In this document: positions 18,396 to 29,400 of the stretch, piece by piece
Numbering within the stretch: position 1 is the first letter of the stretch
Layout of the letters: every line of letters starts with the position of its first letter
Assembly: GCA_039589315.1 (NCBI GenBank)
Contig: JBDHHQ010000003.1
Span: 64,001 to 128,000 of the forward strand
DNA length: 64,000 nucleotides
Direction: 5' to 3'
DNA from: Gemmatimonadota bacterium
Lineage (GTDB): Bacteria; Gemmatimonadota; Gemmatimonadetes; Longimicrobiales; Gaopeijiaceae
The notes under the pieces: generated by a model
Seen by the model: only the letters and a program-made list of their open reading frames with translations
What the model was told of the DNA's origin: nothing
Databases searched by the model: none
Translations under genes and position numbers: made by a program

Positions 18396-19597
18396 TACTG
18401 CACCGCGTTGATCATGTCGAAGATCGGCAGATACATCGCCACGATCATGCCGCCCACCACGACGCCCAGCACCACGATCATGACCGGCTCCATGGCGGCG
18501 AGCAGGGCCTCCACCGCGGCGTCCACTTCCTCGTCATAGAAGTCGGCGATCTTGGAGAGCATGTCGTCGAGCCCGCCGGTCTGCTCACCCACGTTGATCA
18601 TCTGGACGACCATGGGTGGGAATACGCCCGACGCCTTGAGCGGTCCGGAGATGGTGTCCCCACCCGCGATGGAGGCGCGAGAGCCCATGACCGCGTCGTG
18701 GATGACCTTGTTGCCCGCCGTCCGGGCCGTGATCTCCAGCCCCTCGAGGATGGACACGCCTGAGGAGACCAGGGTCCCCAGCGTCCGGGTGAAGCGCGCC
18801 ACCGCCGCTTTGCGCAGCAGGTCGCCCATGATCGGCACGCGGAGAAGGAGCCGATCGATGGCCAGACGTCCCTCATCGGTGCGGTACAACTGTCTCACGG
18901 CGAAGGCGCCGGCCCCGGCTGCAGCAGCGCACGCCCACCAGTAGGCCTGGAGGAAGGCGCTCGATCCGATCACGACTCGTGTCGGCAGCGGCAGCGGAAT
19001 GCCCGCGGAAGTGAACATCTGCTGAAAAGTCGGAATCACGAAGATGAGCAGGATCACCACGGCGGACACCGCCACCGTGAGGATCACGCCCGGGTAGATC
19101 ATGGCGCCCTTGATCTTCCGGATCAGCGCGTCGTTCTTCTCCAGGAACGTGGCAAGGCGCAGCAGAATGGTGTCCAGGATGCCCCCAGCCTCACCCGCAG
19201 CCACCATGTTGACGTACAGGTCGGTGAACACCTTCGAGTGTTTACGCATGGCGTCAGCCAGCGTGTGGCCGGATTCCACGTCATACAGGACGTCCTGGAT
19301 CACGGATCGCAGGTGGGTGTTCTCCGTCTGCTCGGCCAGAATGTCGAGGCTCTGCACCAGGGGCAGGCCCGCGTTGATCATCGTCGCGAACTGGCGGGTG
19401 AAGATCACGATATCCCGGGTCTTGATCCCGGTCCCGATCCGCAGGGAGATCTGACGTTCCTTCTGCCGCACGGTGACCGGAATCAGCCGCTGGCGATGAA
19501 GGTACTGGAGCACCTCCTCCTTGGTCCCCAGCTCGATCTCGCCGCTCCGGATATCACCCCCGGTGGCGGGCCGCGCGCTATAGGAAAACGTGGGCAT
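18395..19597 (-). CDS. pilC: Type IV pilus inner-membrane platform protein (GspF/PilC family)
   Basis: FTRQFATMINAGLPL, MVAAGEAGGILD, GEQTGGLDDML, AMYLPIF. Confidence 0.95.
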   Translation of the reverse strand: MPTFSYSARPATGGDIRSGEIELGTKEEVLQYLHRQRLIPVTVRQKERQISLRIGTGIKTRDIVIFTRQFATMINAGLPLVQSLDILAEQTENTHLRSVIQDVLYDVESGHTLADAMRKHSKVFTDLYVNMVAAGEAGGILDTILLRLATFLEKNDALIRKIKGAMIYPGVILTVAVSAVVILLIFVIPTFQQMFTSAGIPLPLPTRVVIGSSAFLQAYWWACAAAAGAGAFAVRQLYRTDEGRLAIDRLLLRVPIMGDLLRKAAVARFTRTLGTLVSSGVSILEGLEITARTAGNKVIHDAVMGSRASIAGGDTISGPLKASGVFPPMVVQMINVGEQTGGLDDMLSKIADFYDEEVDAAVEALLAAMEPVMIVVLGVVVGGMIVAMYLPIFDMINAVQ

Positions 19598-19624
19598 GTG
19601 TCGGTCGTCCTGGTCGTCGGTTGA

Positions 19625-20761
19625 TTAGAGCTCGGGCCAATCCTCGCCCACTGCCTTCAACAGCTCGTTCGGATCCCCGGACCGCTTCACGGCATCCGAC
19701 AGCGAGATCTCCCCCTTCAGGTAGAGCATCTGCAGCGAGTCGTTCATGGTCTGCATGCCATGCTTCTTGCCGGCTTGCATGAGCGAGTAGATCTGGTGGA
19801 CCTTCTCCTCCCGGATCACGGCGCGGATCGCCGGGGTGCAGACCATGACCTCCGCCGCGGCCACGCGTCCTCTCCCGCGGGCCCGGGGGATCAGCGACTG
19901 CGTCACGACCCCCTCCAGCACGAACGCGAGCTGAGCCCGGATCTGGCTCTGTTGGTGAGCCGGGAACGCGTCGATGATGCGGTTGACGGACTCGGCGGCC
20001 GAGTTGGTGTGGAGCGTCGCCAGGACCAGATGACCCGTCTCGGCAATCGTCAGGGCCGCGGAGATCGTTTCGAGGTCCCGCATCTCGCCAACGAGGATGA
20101 CGTCCGGGTCCTGCCGCAGGGCGTACTTCAGTCCGGCCGAGAAGCTTTGCGTATCCGCCCCCACCTCACGCTGGTTCACCATGCAGTTCTGGTGCCGGTG
20201 GATGAACTCGATGGGGTCCTCCACCGTGATGACGTGGCCGCGCCGCTCTCGGTTGATCTTGTCCAGGAGCGACGCGAGCGTCGTCGACTTGCCCGAACCC
20301 GTGGGCCCGGTGACCAGGATCAGCCCGCGGGGCTTGTCCGCGAAGCCGGTCACCACCGCCGGAAGACCCAGCTCCCCGATGGACTTGATCTCGTACGGAA
20401 TCTGCCGGATGGCCAAGGCCACGCAGCCGCGCTGCTTGTAGCAGTTGCCACGGAAGCGGGAGAGGTTCTGCACGCCGAAGGAGAAGTCCAGCTCGTTCTC
20501 TGTTTCGAAACGCTTCTTCTGCGCCTCTGTGAGGATCGAGTACGCGAGGTTCAGCGTGTCCTTCGGCGTGAGCACGTGCTTGATGGCGGAATCCACGAGG
20601 TTGCCGTCGACCCGCAGCTTCGGCACTTCTCCGACCGTCACGTGGAGGTCGGAAGCCCCCCGCTGGATCACCTCCTGAAGGAGGGCCCGGAGGCTGAGCT
20701 CCTGCTGCTCCGGCTCCATTCCGCTCGTGCCCCTCGGGGCCGCGCTGGACGTAGTGCTCAT
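19625..20761 (-). CDS. pilT: Type IV pilus retraction ATPase
   Basis: GASDLH, GPTGSGKSTT, TVEDPIE, ALRQDPDVILVGEMRD, TLHTNSA, AIRAVIRE motif, GMQT. Confidence 0.95.
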   Translation of the reverse strand: MSTTSSAAPRGTSGMEPEQQELSLRALLQEVIQRGASDLHVTVGEVPKLRVDGNLVDSAIKHVLTPKDTLNLAYSILTEAQKKRFETENELDFSFGVQNLSRFRGNCYKQRGCVALAIRQIPYEIKSIGELGLPAVVTGFADKPRGLILVTGPTGSGKSTTLASLLDKINRERRGHVITVEDPIEFIHRHQNCMVNQREVGADTQSFSAGLKYALRQDPDVILVGEMRDLETISAALTIAETGHLVLATLHTNSAAESVNRIIDAFPAHQQSQIRAQLAFVLEGVVTQSLIPRARGRGRVAAAEVMVCTPAIRAVIREEKVHQIYSLMQAGKKHGMQTMNDSLQMLYLKGEISLSDAVKRSGDPNELLKAVGEDWPEL

Positions 20762-22476
20762 CAAGTCACCACCGACGTCTCTTTGAGGACCTCTTCCAGG
20801 GTGGTCAATCCCCGCTCCAGCTTCTTCAGGCCGTCCATTCGAAGCGTGAGCATGCCCTCGTCAATGGCCGCTTCGCGAAGCTCGTCGGTGCCGGACTCCT
20901 GCATGACGAGCTTCCGCATCCTCGAGCTCATGGCCATGACCTCGTACAGGCCCTGACGACCCCGGTAGCCGCTGCCCCCGCACTCGTCGCACCCCTCGCC
21001 GCGATAGAGGGTCACGCGATCCCTGAATCCGTCGGGTAGATGCGCGGCCTGTACGTAGTCTTCCGTGTAGCTCGCCTCGACCTTGCAGCGCTCACAGATG
21101 CGGCGTACCAGCCTCTGGGCGGTCACGAGGGAGAGTGCCGCGGCCACGTTGAACGGTTCGAGGCCCATGTCGATGAGTCGGGTGACCGTAGACGGGGCAT
21201 CGTTCGTGTGGAGGGTCGACAGCACGAGGTGACCGGTCAGCGCCGCTTTCACGGCGATGCCGCCCGTCTCCAGGTCCCGGATCTCACCGACCATGATCGT
21301 ATTGGGGTCCTGCCGGAGAAACGCCCGCAGGGCGGCCGCGAAGGTGAGACCGATCTGGGGGCGTACGAGGACCTGATTGATGCCGTGCAGGTTGTACTCG
21401 ACCGGATCCTCGGCCGTCATGATGTTGGTGTCCTCGGTGTTCACCCTGGAGAGGGCCGAGTACAGGGTCGTCGTCTTCCCGGATCCCGTGGGTCCCGTGA
21501 CCAGCACCATGCCGTAGGGTTGGGCGATGGCGTGCATGAAGTCGATCTCGGCCTTCGGCTCCATACCGAACTTCTGGAGGTCGAAGGTCAGGTTCCCCTG
21601 GTCGAGGATACGCAGCACGATCTTCTCGCCGAAGATCACGGGAAGCGTAGAGACACGGAAGTCGACTACGCGCTTCTTCATGCGCAGCTTGATGCGCCCG
21701 TCCTGAGGCACGCGCCGCTCGGCGATGTTCAAGTCGGCCAGGATCTTGATGCGGGAGGTCAGCGCCGCCTTCATCTTCATGGGAGGCTTCATGACCTCTT
21801 CGAGGGCACCGTCGATCCGATAGCGTACCCGGACTTCCTTCTCGAAAGGCTCGATGTGGATGTCGCTGACGCCCTTGTTGACGGCGTCGGTGAGGAGTCC
21901 GTTGATGAACTTCACCACAGGAGCCTGTTCCACCTGCTCCTGCAGCGACGCCATGTTGACGTCTTCTTCCTCGTCCTCGACGAACTCGACGTCCTCCGCG
22001 ATCAGGTCGCTGAGGATCTCCGCCATCCGGTCGTCGGCCTGGTCGTAGTACTTCTCGAGGTGCTTGCGAAGGGTGAACTCGCCGACGACGACCGGCTCTA
22101 CCTCCAACCGGGTGATGAACTTGACGTCGTCGATGGCCCCGAGATCCGACGGGTTGGCCATCGCTACGGTGAGGGTGCGGCCGACGCGCCGCAGGGGCAG
22201 CACCAGATGCTTGAACGCCACCTCGCCGGGGATGAGCCGCGCGATCTTCTCTTCCACGGTGACGCGGTCGAGATCCACGGCCGGCACGCGGTACTGCCGC
22301 GCCAGCATGCGCGTGATCTCTTCCTCCGCGAGGAAGCCGAGCTTCACCAGGGCGAACCCCACGCGCGTGTTGTGATCCCGCGCATCGGTCAGAGCCTCGC
22401 GAAGCTGAAGCTCCGTAATGAGGCCCTCGCTCACCAGGTGATCGCCGAGGCGGTCTTGGGCGACTTGCGTTGGCAT
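20761..22476 (-). CDS. pilB: Type IV pilus assembly ATPase
   Basis: N-terminal RLGDHLVSEGLIT (MshEN-like), SDIHIEP, GPTGSGKTTT, LRQDP, zinc motif CERC...CDEC. Confidence 0.95.
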   Translation of the reverse strand: MPTQVAQDRLGDHLVSEGLITELQLREALTDARDHNTRVGFALVKLGFLAEEEITRMLARQYRVPAVDLDRVTVEEKIARLIPGEVAFKHLVLPLRRVGRTLTVAMANPSDLGAIDDVKFITRLEVEPVVVGEFTLRKHLEKYYDQADDRMAEILSDLIAEDVEFVEDEEEDVNMASLQEQVEQAPVVKFINGLLTDAVNKGVSDIHIEPFEKEVRVRYRIDGALEEVMKPPMKMKAALTSRIKILADLNIAERRVPQDGRIKLRMKKRVVDFRVSTLPVIFGEKIVLRILDQGNLTFDLQKFGMEPKAEIDFMHAIAQPYGMVLVTGPTGSGKTTTLYSALSRVNTEDTNIMTAEDPVEYNLHGINQVLVRPQIGLTFAAALRAFLRQDPNTIMVGEIRDLETGGIAVKAALTGHLVLSTLHTNDAPSTVTRLIDMGLEPFNVAAALSLVTAQRLVRRICERCKVEASYTEDYVQAAHLPDGFRDRVTLYRGEGCDECGGSGYRGRQGLYEVMAMSSRMRKLVMQESGTDELREAAIDEGMLTLRMDGLKKLERGLTTLEEVLKETSVVT

Positions 22477-22544
22477 CGAGTGCGGTCGTTGGACGTTCCG
22501 ATTGGACCCGCCGCGGCGGGAGCCTTCCACTACCGACCCTTCCT

Positions 22545-23309
22545 TTATCGGCAAGAGGTCTGTGGAACCGTAGCGCCGATGCATCGGCGAACGGGCGGTG
22601 AAAAAACATATGTTTGGTTTCCCCTCCCGTGTGTTCCCCTCGATCGGAGAGGCCGTCTCGCCGGGCCCGCCTTCACGTGCGGGCGGAGGCGATCGAGGGT
22701 CGCCTGGCCGATCCCGCGCACCTGCAGGAGATCGTCCACGGAGCGGAAGCCGCCGGACCGCTCCCGCACCCGCAGAATGCGCCGCGCCAGAGCGGGACCG
22801 ACGCCCGAAAGCGACTGCAACGCTGCCGAGTCCGCACGGTTCAAGTCGATGGCCGGGGACGCGTCACCCCGCTGCCCTGCCTGAGGTGCCCGGTCGAGCT
22901 CCAGGGGCACGCCTGTGGACAGGTCCAGCCGTTCCCCGACCTTCGCCAGCGTTGCCGGGCCGATCCCCCGCACGCGCAGCAGATCCTCGAGGCTGCGAAA
23001 CCCCCCGGTAGCCGATCGCGCCTCGACGATGGCCCGGGCGAGGCCGGGCCCCACGCCCGGCAAACGGTCCAGCTCCACCTCGGACGCCCGGTTGGGATCG
23101 AGGCGCTCGCCGGGGCCCAGGGGGCGATTGCGCAATGCCTCCTCGGCCCCCCGGGCGCGGCTCTCCTCCAGGAGACCCGGAAGCGCGTCGGCCGTATCCC
23201 AGGCCATAGGGGCTTCGACGCGCCGAAGCTCCACCCCGTACCGGATGGTCGAGGCCACCAGCAGCACGGCGGCAGCAGTCGAGAACGCTCGAGTTTCGGA
23301 AGCGGTCAC
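22545..23309 (-). CDS. comEA: ComEA-like DNA-binding protein with two helix-hairpin-helix modules
   Basis: N-terminal hydrophobic anchor; LDPNRASEVELDRLPGVGPGLARAIV...FRSLEDLLRVRGIG and IDLNRADSAALQSLSGVGPALARRI...FRSVDDLLQVRGIG; GTG start behind GGAGGG. Confidence 0.85.
   Translation of the reverse strand: MTASETRAFSTAAAVLLVASTIRYGVELRRVEAPMAWDTADALPGLLEESRARGAEEALRNRPLGPGERLDPNRASEVELDRLPGVGPGLARAIVEARSATGGFRSLEDLLRVRGIGPATLAKVGERLDLSTGVPLELDRAPQAGQRGDASPAIDLNRADSAALQSLSGVGPALARRILRVRERSGGFRSVDDLLQVRGIGQATLDRLRPHVKAGPARRPLRSRGTHGRGNQTYVFSPPVRRCIGATVPQTSCR
22574..22615. promoter_or_regulatory. Palindromes CGCCGATGCATCGGCG (22574-22589) and AAACATATGTTT (22604-22615) upstream of pilB
   Basis: Both are perfect palindromes, about 100-140 nt before the pilB ATG, inside the comEA 3' tail. 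Confidence 0.4.
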
Positions 23310-23401
23310 CCTCGTTCCCTCCGGGCGGGGTGGGGCCGGAGCCACACGACGTGACCAAAGCTCGAGCGGCGACGTGGGCGGGGCGATGGCCCAAAGAGAC
23401 G

Positions 23402-26400
23402 TCAGGGAATGAGGCCGGCCTGGAGGTTGAACTGTCCCCAGATCCCGAACTGCACCTGAGAGGAGCCGGCCCGGGTGCCGATGAAGGACTGACGATCGCT
23501 GAAGGTGAGGTTGAGCCCCATCTCGAACTGCTGAACCGCTGTGTCCACGGACACGTTCAGCGTGCGGTTGATCTGGTCGACGAACGCCGTACACGCCCCC
23601 TGGCCGGCGGTGACGCGACAGTCGAACTGGGAGGCGTACTGGAACCTGGCGATGAGCTGGATCGGCCGGTCGAGCCGTTCGCGCAGCCGCCCCGGCGGCC
23701 TGAACGAGGATGACACCGATACGTTGTGTGTCTGCCGCTCGCGTTCGGTGTCGCCGGCCGGATCGCGCCCCTCACCTCGCTGGAAGCTGCCCGAGTAGGA
23801 GGTGCTGACGTTGCCGGCCCACGTGATCGAGAGGTTGACCGGGATGCGGCGGTCCTCCTGGACCCGTAGCTGCTCGGCCGTTCCCCCCTGATCCGACTCC
23901 CGCCGCACCTCCTGGAATCCGGACGCCAGGGTGAGTCGCCTCACGACCGCGGACGCGATGCCGGGCAAGGTGAGGTTGGCGAAGCCGGCTTGCACGTCGG
24001 GCCACGTCCGCTCTTGATTCCCACGGCCGATCCGCTTGTCCAGGCTGTTCACGTTGGAACGGGCGTACTGCACGTCCACCGAGAAGCTCAGGGGCAGTTG
24101 GAGGCCCGAGGCCAGGGTCAACGACTCGCGATCCGTCACGAACGAGGCCGTGTCCCCGTCCAAGAAGCGGAACTGCTCCCGCCCGCCGAGTCCCAGCTGA
24201 TATCCGGCCCCGGGGTCCACGAGCTGGCGGCTGAAGCGGGACGTGATTCCGTCCAGCCAAGTGACCCGGAAGGGCGCCAGCGCCTGGAGCACCCACCGAC
24301 CGGCGCCGGTGAGCGCGGACTCGCCGTCCCGGGGTGCGTCGCCCAGCGCCGAACGAGCGAGGACCCGGGAATCCAGGGTCATGCCGGCGCGCCGATCCCG
24401 CTGGCTGTTCGCGTTCCGCCCGAGGGTAGACACCGTATCCGCGATCACGATCACCGAGTCGCCCTGCATGACGCTGTCCACCGGTGTGATGGTGGTCTGG
24501 ACGAAGGACGGGTTGCGGTCGGACCGGTAGCTGGTGTTCATCCCGAGGTCGAAACGCAACCAGTCCGTGACGCTTGGCCTCCAGCCGAGCTGAGTCCGCA
24601 CGACGCGGTTCGTCTCCCAGCCCACGTCCAGCCCGAGGAAGCGCGAACGTTCCTCGGCGATGACCCCCTGAGCCACGGTGTCGCGAATGGACTCGGCGGG
24701 CGGCAGCAGGTCCCGGGTCTCCGCGATCGCGAGGGAGGCGGTCAGCGACGCGAAGGGCCGGAGCGACAGGTCGGCGGTCGTCTCCAGGCCCTCGCGCGGA
24801 GAGAGCGTGGCGCTCACGATGCTGTCCCTCGGCAGCTCCAGGATCTGCTCGAACCGGAACGCCTCGTTGTCCTGACGGTTGTATGTGGCGCGCAAAGAGA
24901 AGCGGTCCGGCGTCCAGCGAAGCCGGCTGGCCAGGATCTGCTCCTCGAGCTGGCGGGGGAACAGAAAGCGGATGACCGGCTCCAAGAAGGACGGGATGTA
25001 ATCCAACTCCCGGGCGTCCAGGACACGGCCGTATCCGATGGCTCCGTCCAGCCCGGACGAGAGGCTGCTTGACGTCACGGTGGTCGATTGGGCAGAGGCG
25101 TAGCCGAGGCGGGCATCGAGACCGTCCAGCAGGATGGAGCCGATCGTGCTCGCCGTGGGGGTCCGTTTCCGGAACGCCATCTGCACCCGCGTCCGCCTCG
25201 ACCCCGTTTCCCGGAGGTTCGGGATCTCACCCGCCTGGATGTCGCTCTGAGGGAGGAAGAACGGATCCAGCCCCGTGGACGTGTGCTGCACCGTCAAGGG
25301 GATCTCCAGCCCCCACGGCGCAGGGGCGAAGCGTCCGAGCTGGAGGGTCGAGTTGACGCTCACGAGCTGGTCGCTCTGGTAGGAAGGGTCCGCCTTCAGC
25401 TGCCTGAAGAACGCGCCCCGGTCGGAGACCGACAGCCGGGCCGTGAGGACGTCGGCCGCCTGCAGATCCACGTCCACGTAGCCGGCGAGCCCAGGGTCGC
25501 GGACGCCCCCGGAGAGCCGGAACTCGTTGATCCAGAGCTCGCCCTCGATGGGAATGTCGCTCTGATTCAGCACACCGAGGGACATCTCCCGGACGGCATA
25601 CAGGTTCGGCGCCCGCCCACGGTCCCTGAGGACCACCGCGTACGTCGAATCCGCGCTCCACACCTCCCGGGGCGCATCTCCCGTGGCCAGGGGATTCAGG
25701 ATCAGCTCCTCCTCCGCCTGCCGGCGCAGGTCGAACCAGACCTCGAAGTCGATCACGTGCTCGGGCACCCAGTCGACGGGGGTCACAGCTTCCGGGTTCG
25801 CGGCAGGCGTGAGACGAGAGCGGTAGAGGTAGAAGTTCTCGGAGTCGTTGCCGACCTTCACGAAGAAATGGACCGGCAGCGCGGGATCCCAGTCCCCGTC
25901 CCGGGCCACGGCCCAGATTCGGGCCTGCCGGTAGGTGAGGAAGTTCCTGGGCCGTTGGGGGAAGCGGTTGAAGACCTCGACCCGCTCGCCGGGAGCCACC
26001 CCGTCGTACGTCAGGCCCAGAGACTGCTCGTTGAACTCGACGGAAATGGCGCCGAGGGCCGACGTGGGGTTGTCCAACTCCTCGAGCACGCCGGGTGGAG
26101 ACGAGTAGGCACCGCCCTTCGTCAGGCTGCTGGCCGGGCTCACCTCGAGTCTGCCGCCGCTGCCGAGGGTGTCTCCGCCCAGCCCACGCACGATCCCCGT
26201 CTGGGCCCGCTTCACCCAGCGGGAGCCCACCAGCTTCATCCGGGTGAGGAGCACCGCGTTCGACGCGGACGCGACGAACGTGATCCGGATGTGCTTCACC
26301 GAGCGCCAGTCTGCGTCCGTGACCAGGCCGTCCACGTTCGTCCCGTTCTCGCCCCGGAGCGCGAGACGGTACAGCTCGAAGTCGGTGCCGGTCTCGCCCT

Positions 26401-29400
26401 TGCCCCTAGCCAGGAACGGCGAAGTCCCATCGAAGGCCACGACGTAGCGGTAGTACCGCTCGGCGCCGTCCAGATTCCCGTTGCCGTCCAGGTCCTCGGT
26501 GTCCGCCCGCCCGTTGCCGCGCGTGCAGTTGGCCTCGGGAGCACCCACGATGTAGATGGTGCCGGGCGTGGCCAGGCAGTCCTCACCCCAGTTGCCCCGT
26601 GCGTCCGCCTGATCGCTCCACACTTCGCCGACGCTGAGCTGCGCCTCCTCGTCCCGGAGGCCCAGCCCCCAGGCCTGGCCGTTTTCCTTGACGCCGCTGG
26701 TGGCCCCGGCCGAGTCCACGAAGAACGCGTCCTCGCTCGCGCGGCCGACGTCGATGATCATGACGACCGAGTCCTCCTCCGCCACGCTGGCGTAGAACTC
26801 GAGGAACTCCATCCGCGTCAGGTCGAGCCCCGTCGTGCTCAACACCGTGGTGAAGGACGCCCATTTGTCGCGGGTGAGGTCCTCGTCGGCGCCCACGGTG
26901 GCCAGCATCACCTGATCCCGGGTGTTCGTCCCGGCTACGTTGATCTGCTGGTCGATGTCCTGGGGGAAGATCCCCTCGAACACCCGCCCGTCGGGCTGTA
27001 CCCAGGCGTGTTGCCACGTCAGCGTCGTCTTGTCCGTCTCGTCCAGCGCGGGCGGGAGGACCGTGCCCGCCCCGTCACGACGTCCGGGCACGCTGCCCAG
27101 TCTCCAGGACGTGCTGAGCACCGAGAGCGGCACGTCGGCGTTCCCGTCGAAGTCGTCGATGTAGACGTCACCCTGGGTGTTGGGGTTCGGCAGGGACATG
27201 GCCAGCTCGCCGGCCACACGGATCGATGAGGTCCCCGAATAGTGCAGGGCCGGTACCCGGTCCAGGAACCGGTCCAGCCACGAGGCACCGAAGTCCAAGC
27301 GTCCGTTGACGCCCCCCAGCGCCACGGCTTTCGGCTCCACGCCCAACTGAGGCCGCCGGACCAAGGCCTTCTCCCGCTGGAACAGCCCCAGGAGATTGAG
27401 GCTGCCACGCTCACCCATCTCGTAGTCCGCGTTGAAGCCGAAGACCGACGTGGGGGCGATCTGGAAGACCGTCTTCTGCTCCCAGGTGGCCCGGATGTCC
27501 GCGTTCGGCGCCACGGCGAAGAGGTTCTGGGCGTCCAGGAGGGTCACCTGCCCCACGTCGTAGTCGATGATGTAATCGACACGTGGCACCAGGAGCCGTT
27601 CTCCGAGGGAGATCCGCTCGCTGCCGTCCCGGATCCCCAGCGCACCGAGATTGAACGTGGAAACGAGGCCCTCGCTCCGCACGCGAAACGGAATCGTGAG
27701 GCGGAAGAGACCGCCGCCGGCCCGCTCCACCGGGTCCGGCGACTCGTAGATGACGCCGTTCGCGTCGTCACCGAGGATCGCCTTGGTGTCCTCGGCGGAC
27801 AGGTTGAGTGAGGGAACCGGCGGAGGATCCAGGAACGGCTGCAGCGTTCGGAACACCAGGAAGGTGCCGGACACGGGTGGCTGCTCCTGGAAGGAGTCGT
27901 CGACGGGCCGGTAGACCTGCGCCCGATCGAGCCGGTCGAACGGGGACTCCTCGTCGAGGCCGAAGAGCTTGAGGAAGGTGATGTCCTCGCCTGTGGGGGA
28001 CCGCTTGAAGGTGCGGCCCGCCCCGAGCTCGCCCAGGGAGACGGTGACGTCGACCGAGTTCACTTCCACGTCGTTGGAGCCCGAGATGCGATACACGTGG
28101 TGCATCTCCAGGGGCCAGGTCGGGGTGCCGGGTTGATGGCTCGCCCCGGAAGCCTTCAGGAGCTGGAGCCGCGGGCGGATCCCCTGGTTGTGGAGGCGCT
28201 CGGGGTTGTAGTCCCCGATGGAGTCCCCGGTGGCGGTGATGTAGGTCACCGCCAACATCTCGTCTCGCCGCAGGGGACTCCGCAGGGCGACCCAGAGGCC
28301 GCTGGGGTGGACGAAGTAGTCCGCGTCGGGCTGGAGGTAGCGGAACCACCCCGATTCCTGGATGGTGTCTCCGTCCAGCACCGCGAATCCGTCGGCCTGG
28401 ATGTAGCCCTGGACCTGCTGGCTCGTGATGGGGTCGTTCTCGAATCGGTAGACCTGTACCTGCTCGGTGCCGGGCACCAGCTCGGGAGGAGCCCGGGATC
28501 CGTCGAGGGACAGGATGTCGAAGTGCGGGTAGTCCTGGATCTCTGCCGGATCGAAGAGGAAGAAGTACTGGCCCTCCACGTAATCGGCGTCGTCCAGGAC
28601 CAACGTGTCCTCCTGCACGAAGGCCTGCTGCCCACCCGCACCGCTGAGCCGGAACTCCCGGGTGGAAAGGTCCCCCTTCTGCTGCGCCCACACGGCCTGG
28701 AAGTCCACGGGCCCGAGCTGTCCCGTGGTCTGGAAGCCGAAGTTCCCGGCCGGGATGCCCTCGGTGAGAAAGCGAGAGTTCGGGGGCAGCTGGTAACTGA
28801 CGTCACCCACTTCCAGGCGCTGGAGGATCTCGTCCTCGAGGCCCTGATAGTAGACGTTGATGTTGTTCGCAGCGGAGAACTCACGCGTCTGGTCGAAGTC
28901 CACGTTCACGTGGACCCTCTCCGATACGGTCCCGGCCACCTGCAGCCCGAACTGCAGCTCCGGGGTCAAGCGGGGGATGATGGGCGCGTTGCACGTGAAC
29001 TGAAGGCCGGTGTCGCAGGGGCGAAACGAGGTCCAGTCCCCGCCCATCTCGGCCCGGCCCCGGAGGCGCATCTGGAGGTCGGTGTATTGCGCGAAGAGGT
29101 CCTGCAGGGCGGCACCCGTGTCCAGACTGTCCCGTTCTTCCTCGGGCTCTCGAACGGGCTCGGGGGGGAGGAACGCTACCGTGTCCGCCTCCACTTCCCC
29201 TGCCGCTTCGGGATCGCCGGCCACCGGGCGCCCCACTCGAGGACTCAGCTCCACGGCCAGCCCCGACGACGAGGGCCTGGCCAGAGGGGCGAACCAGGGG
29301 CTGTCGGCCCCCGGCACCGCCGGAAGCTCGATTGCGAAGGGAAGCGGCATCCGCCGAAGGCCCAACTGCAGGAGCGGCGGCTCTGCCTCCGCCGCCTCCT

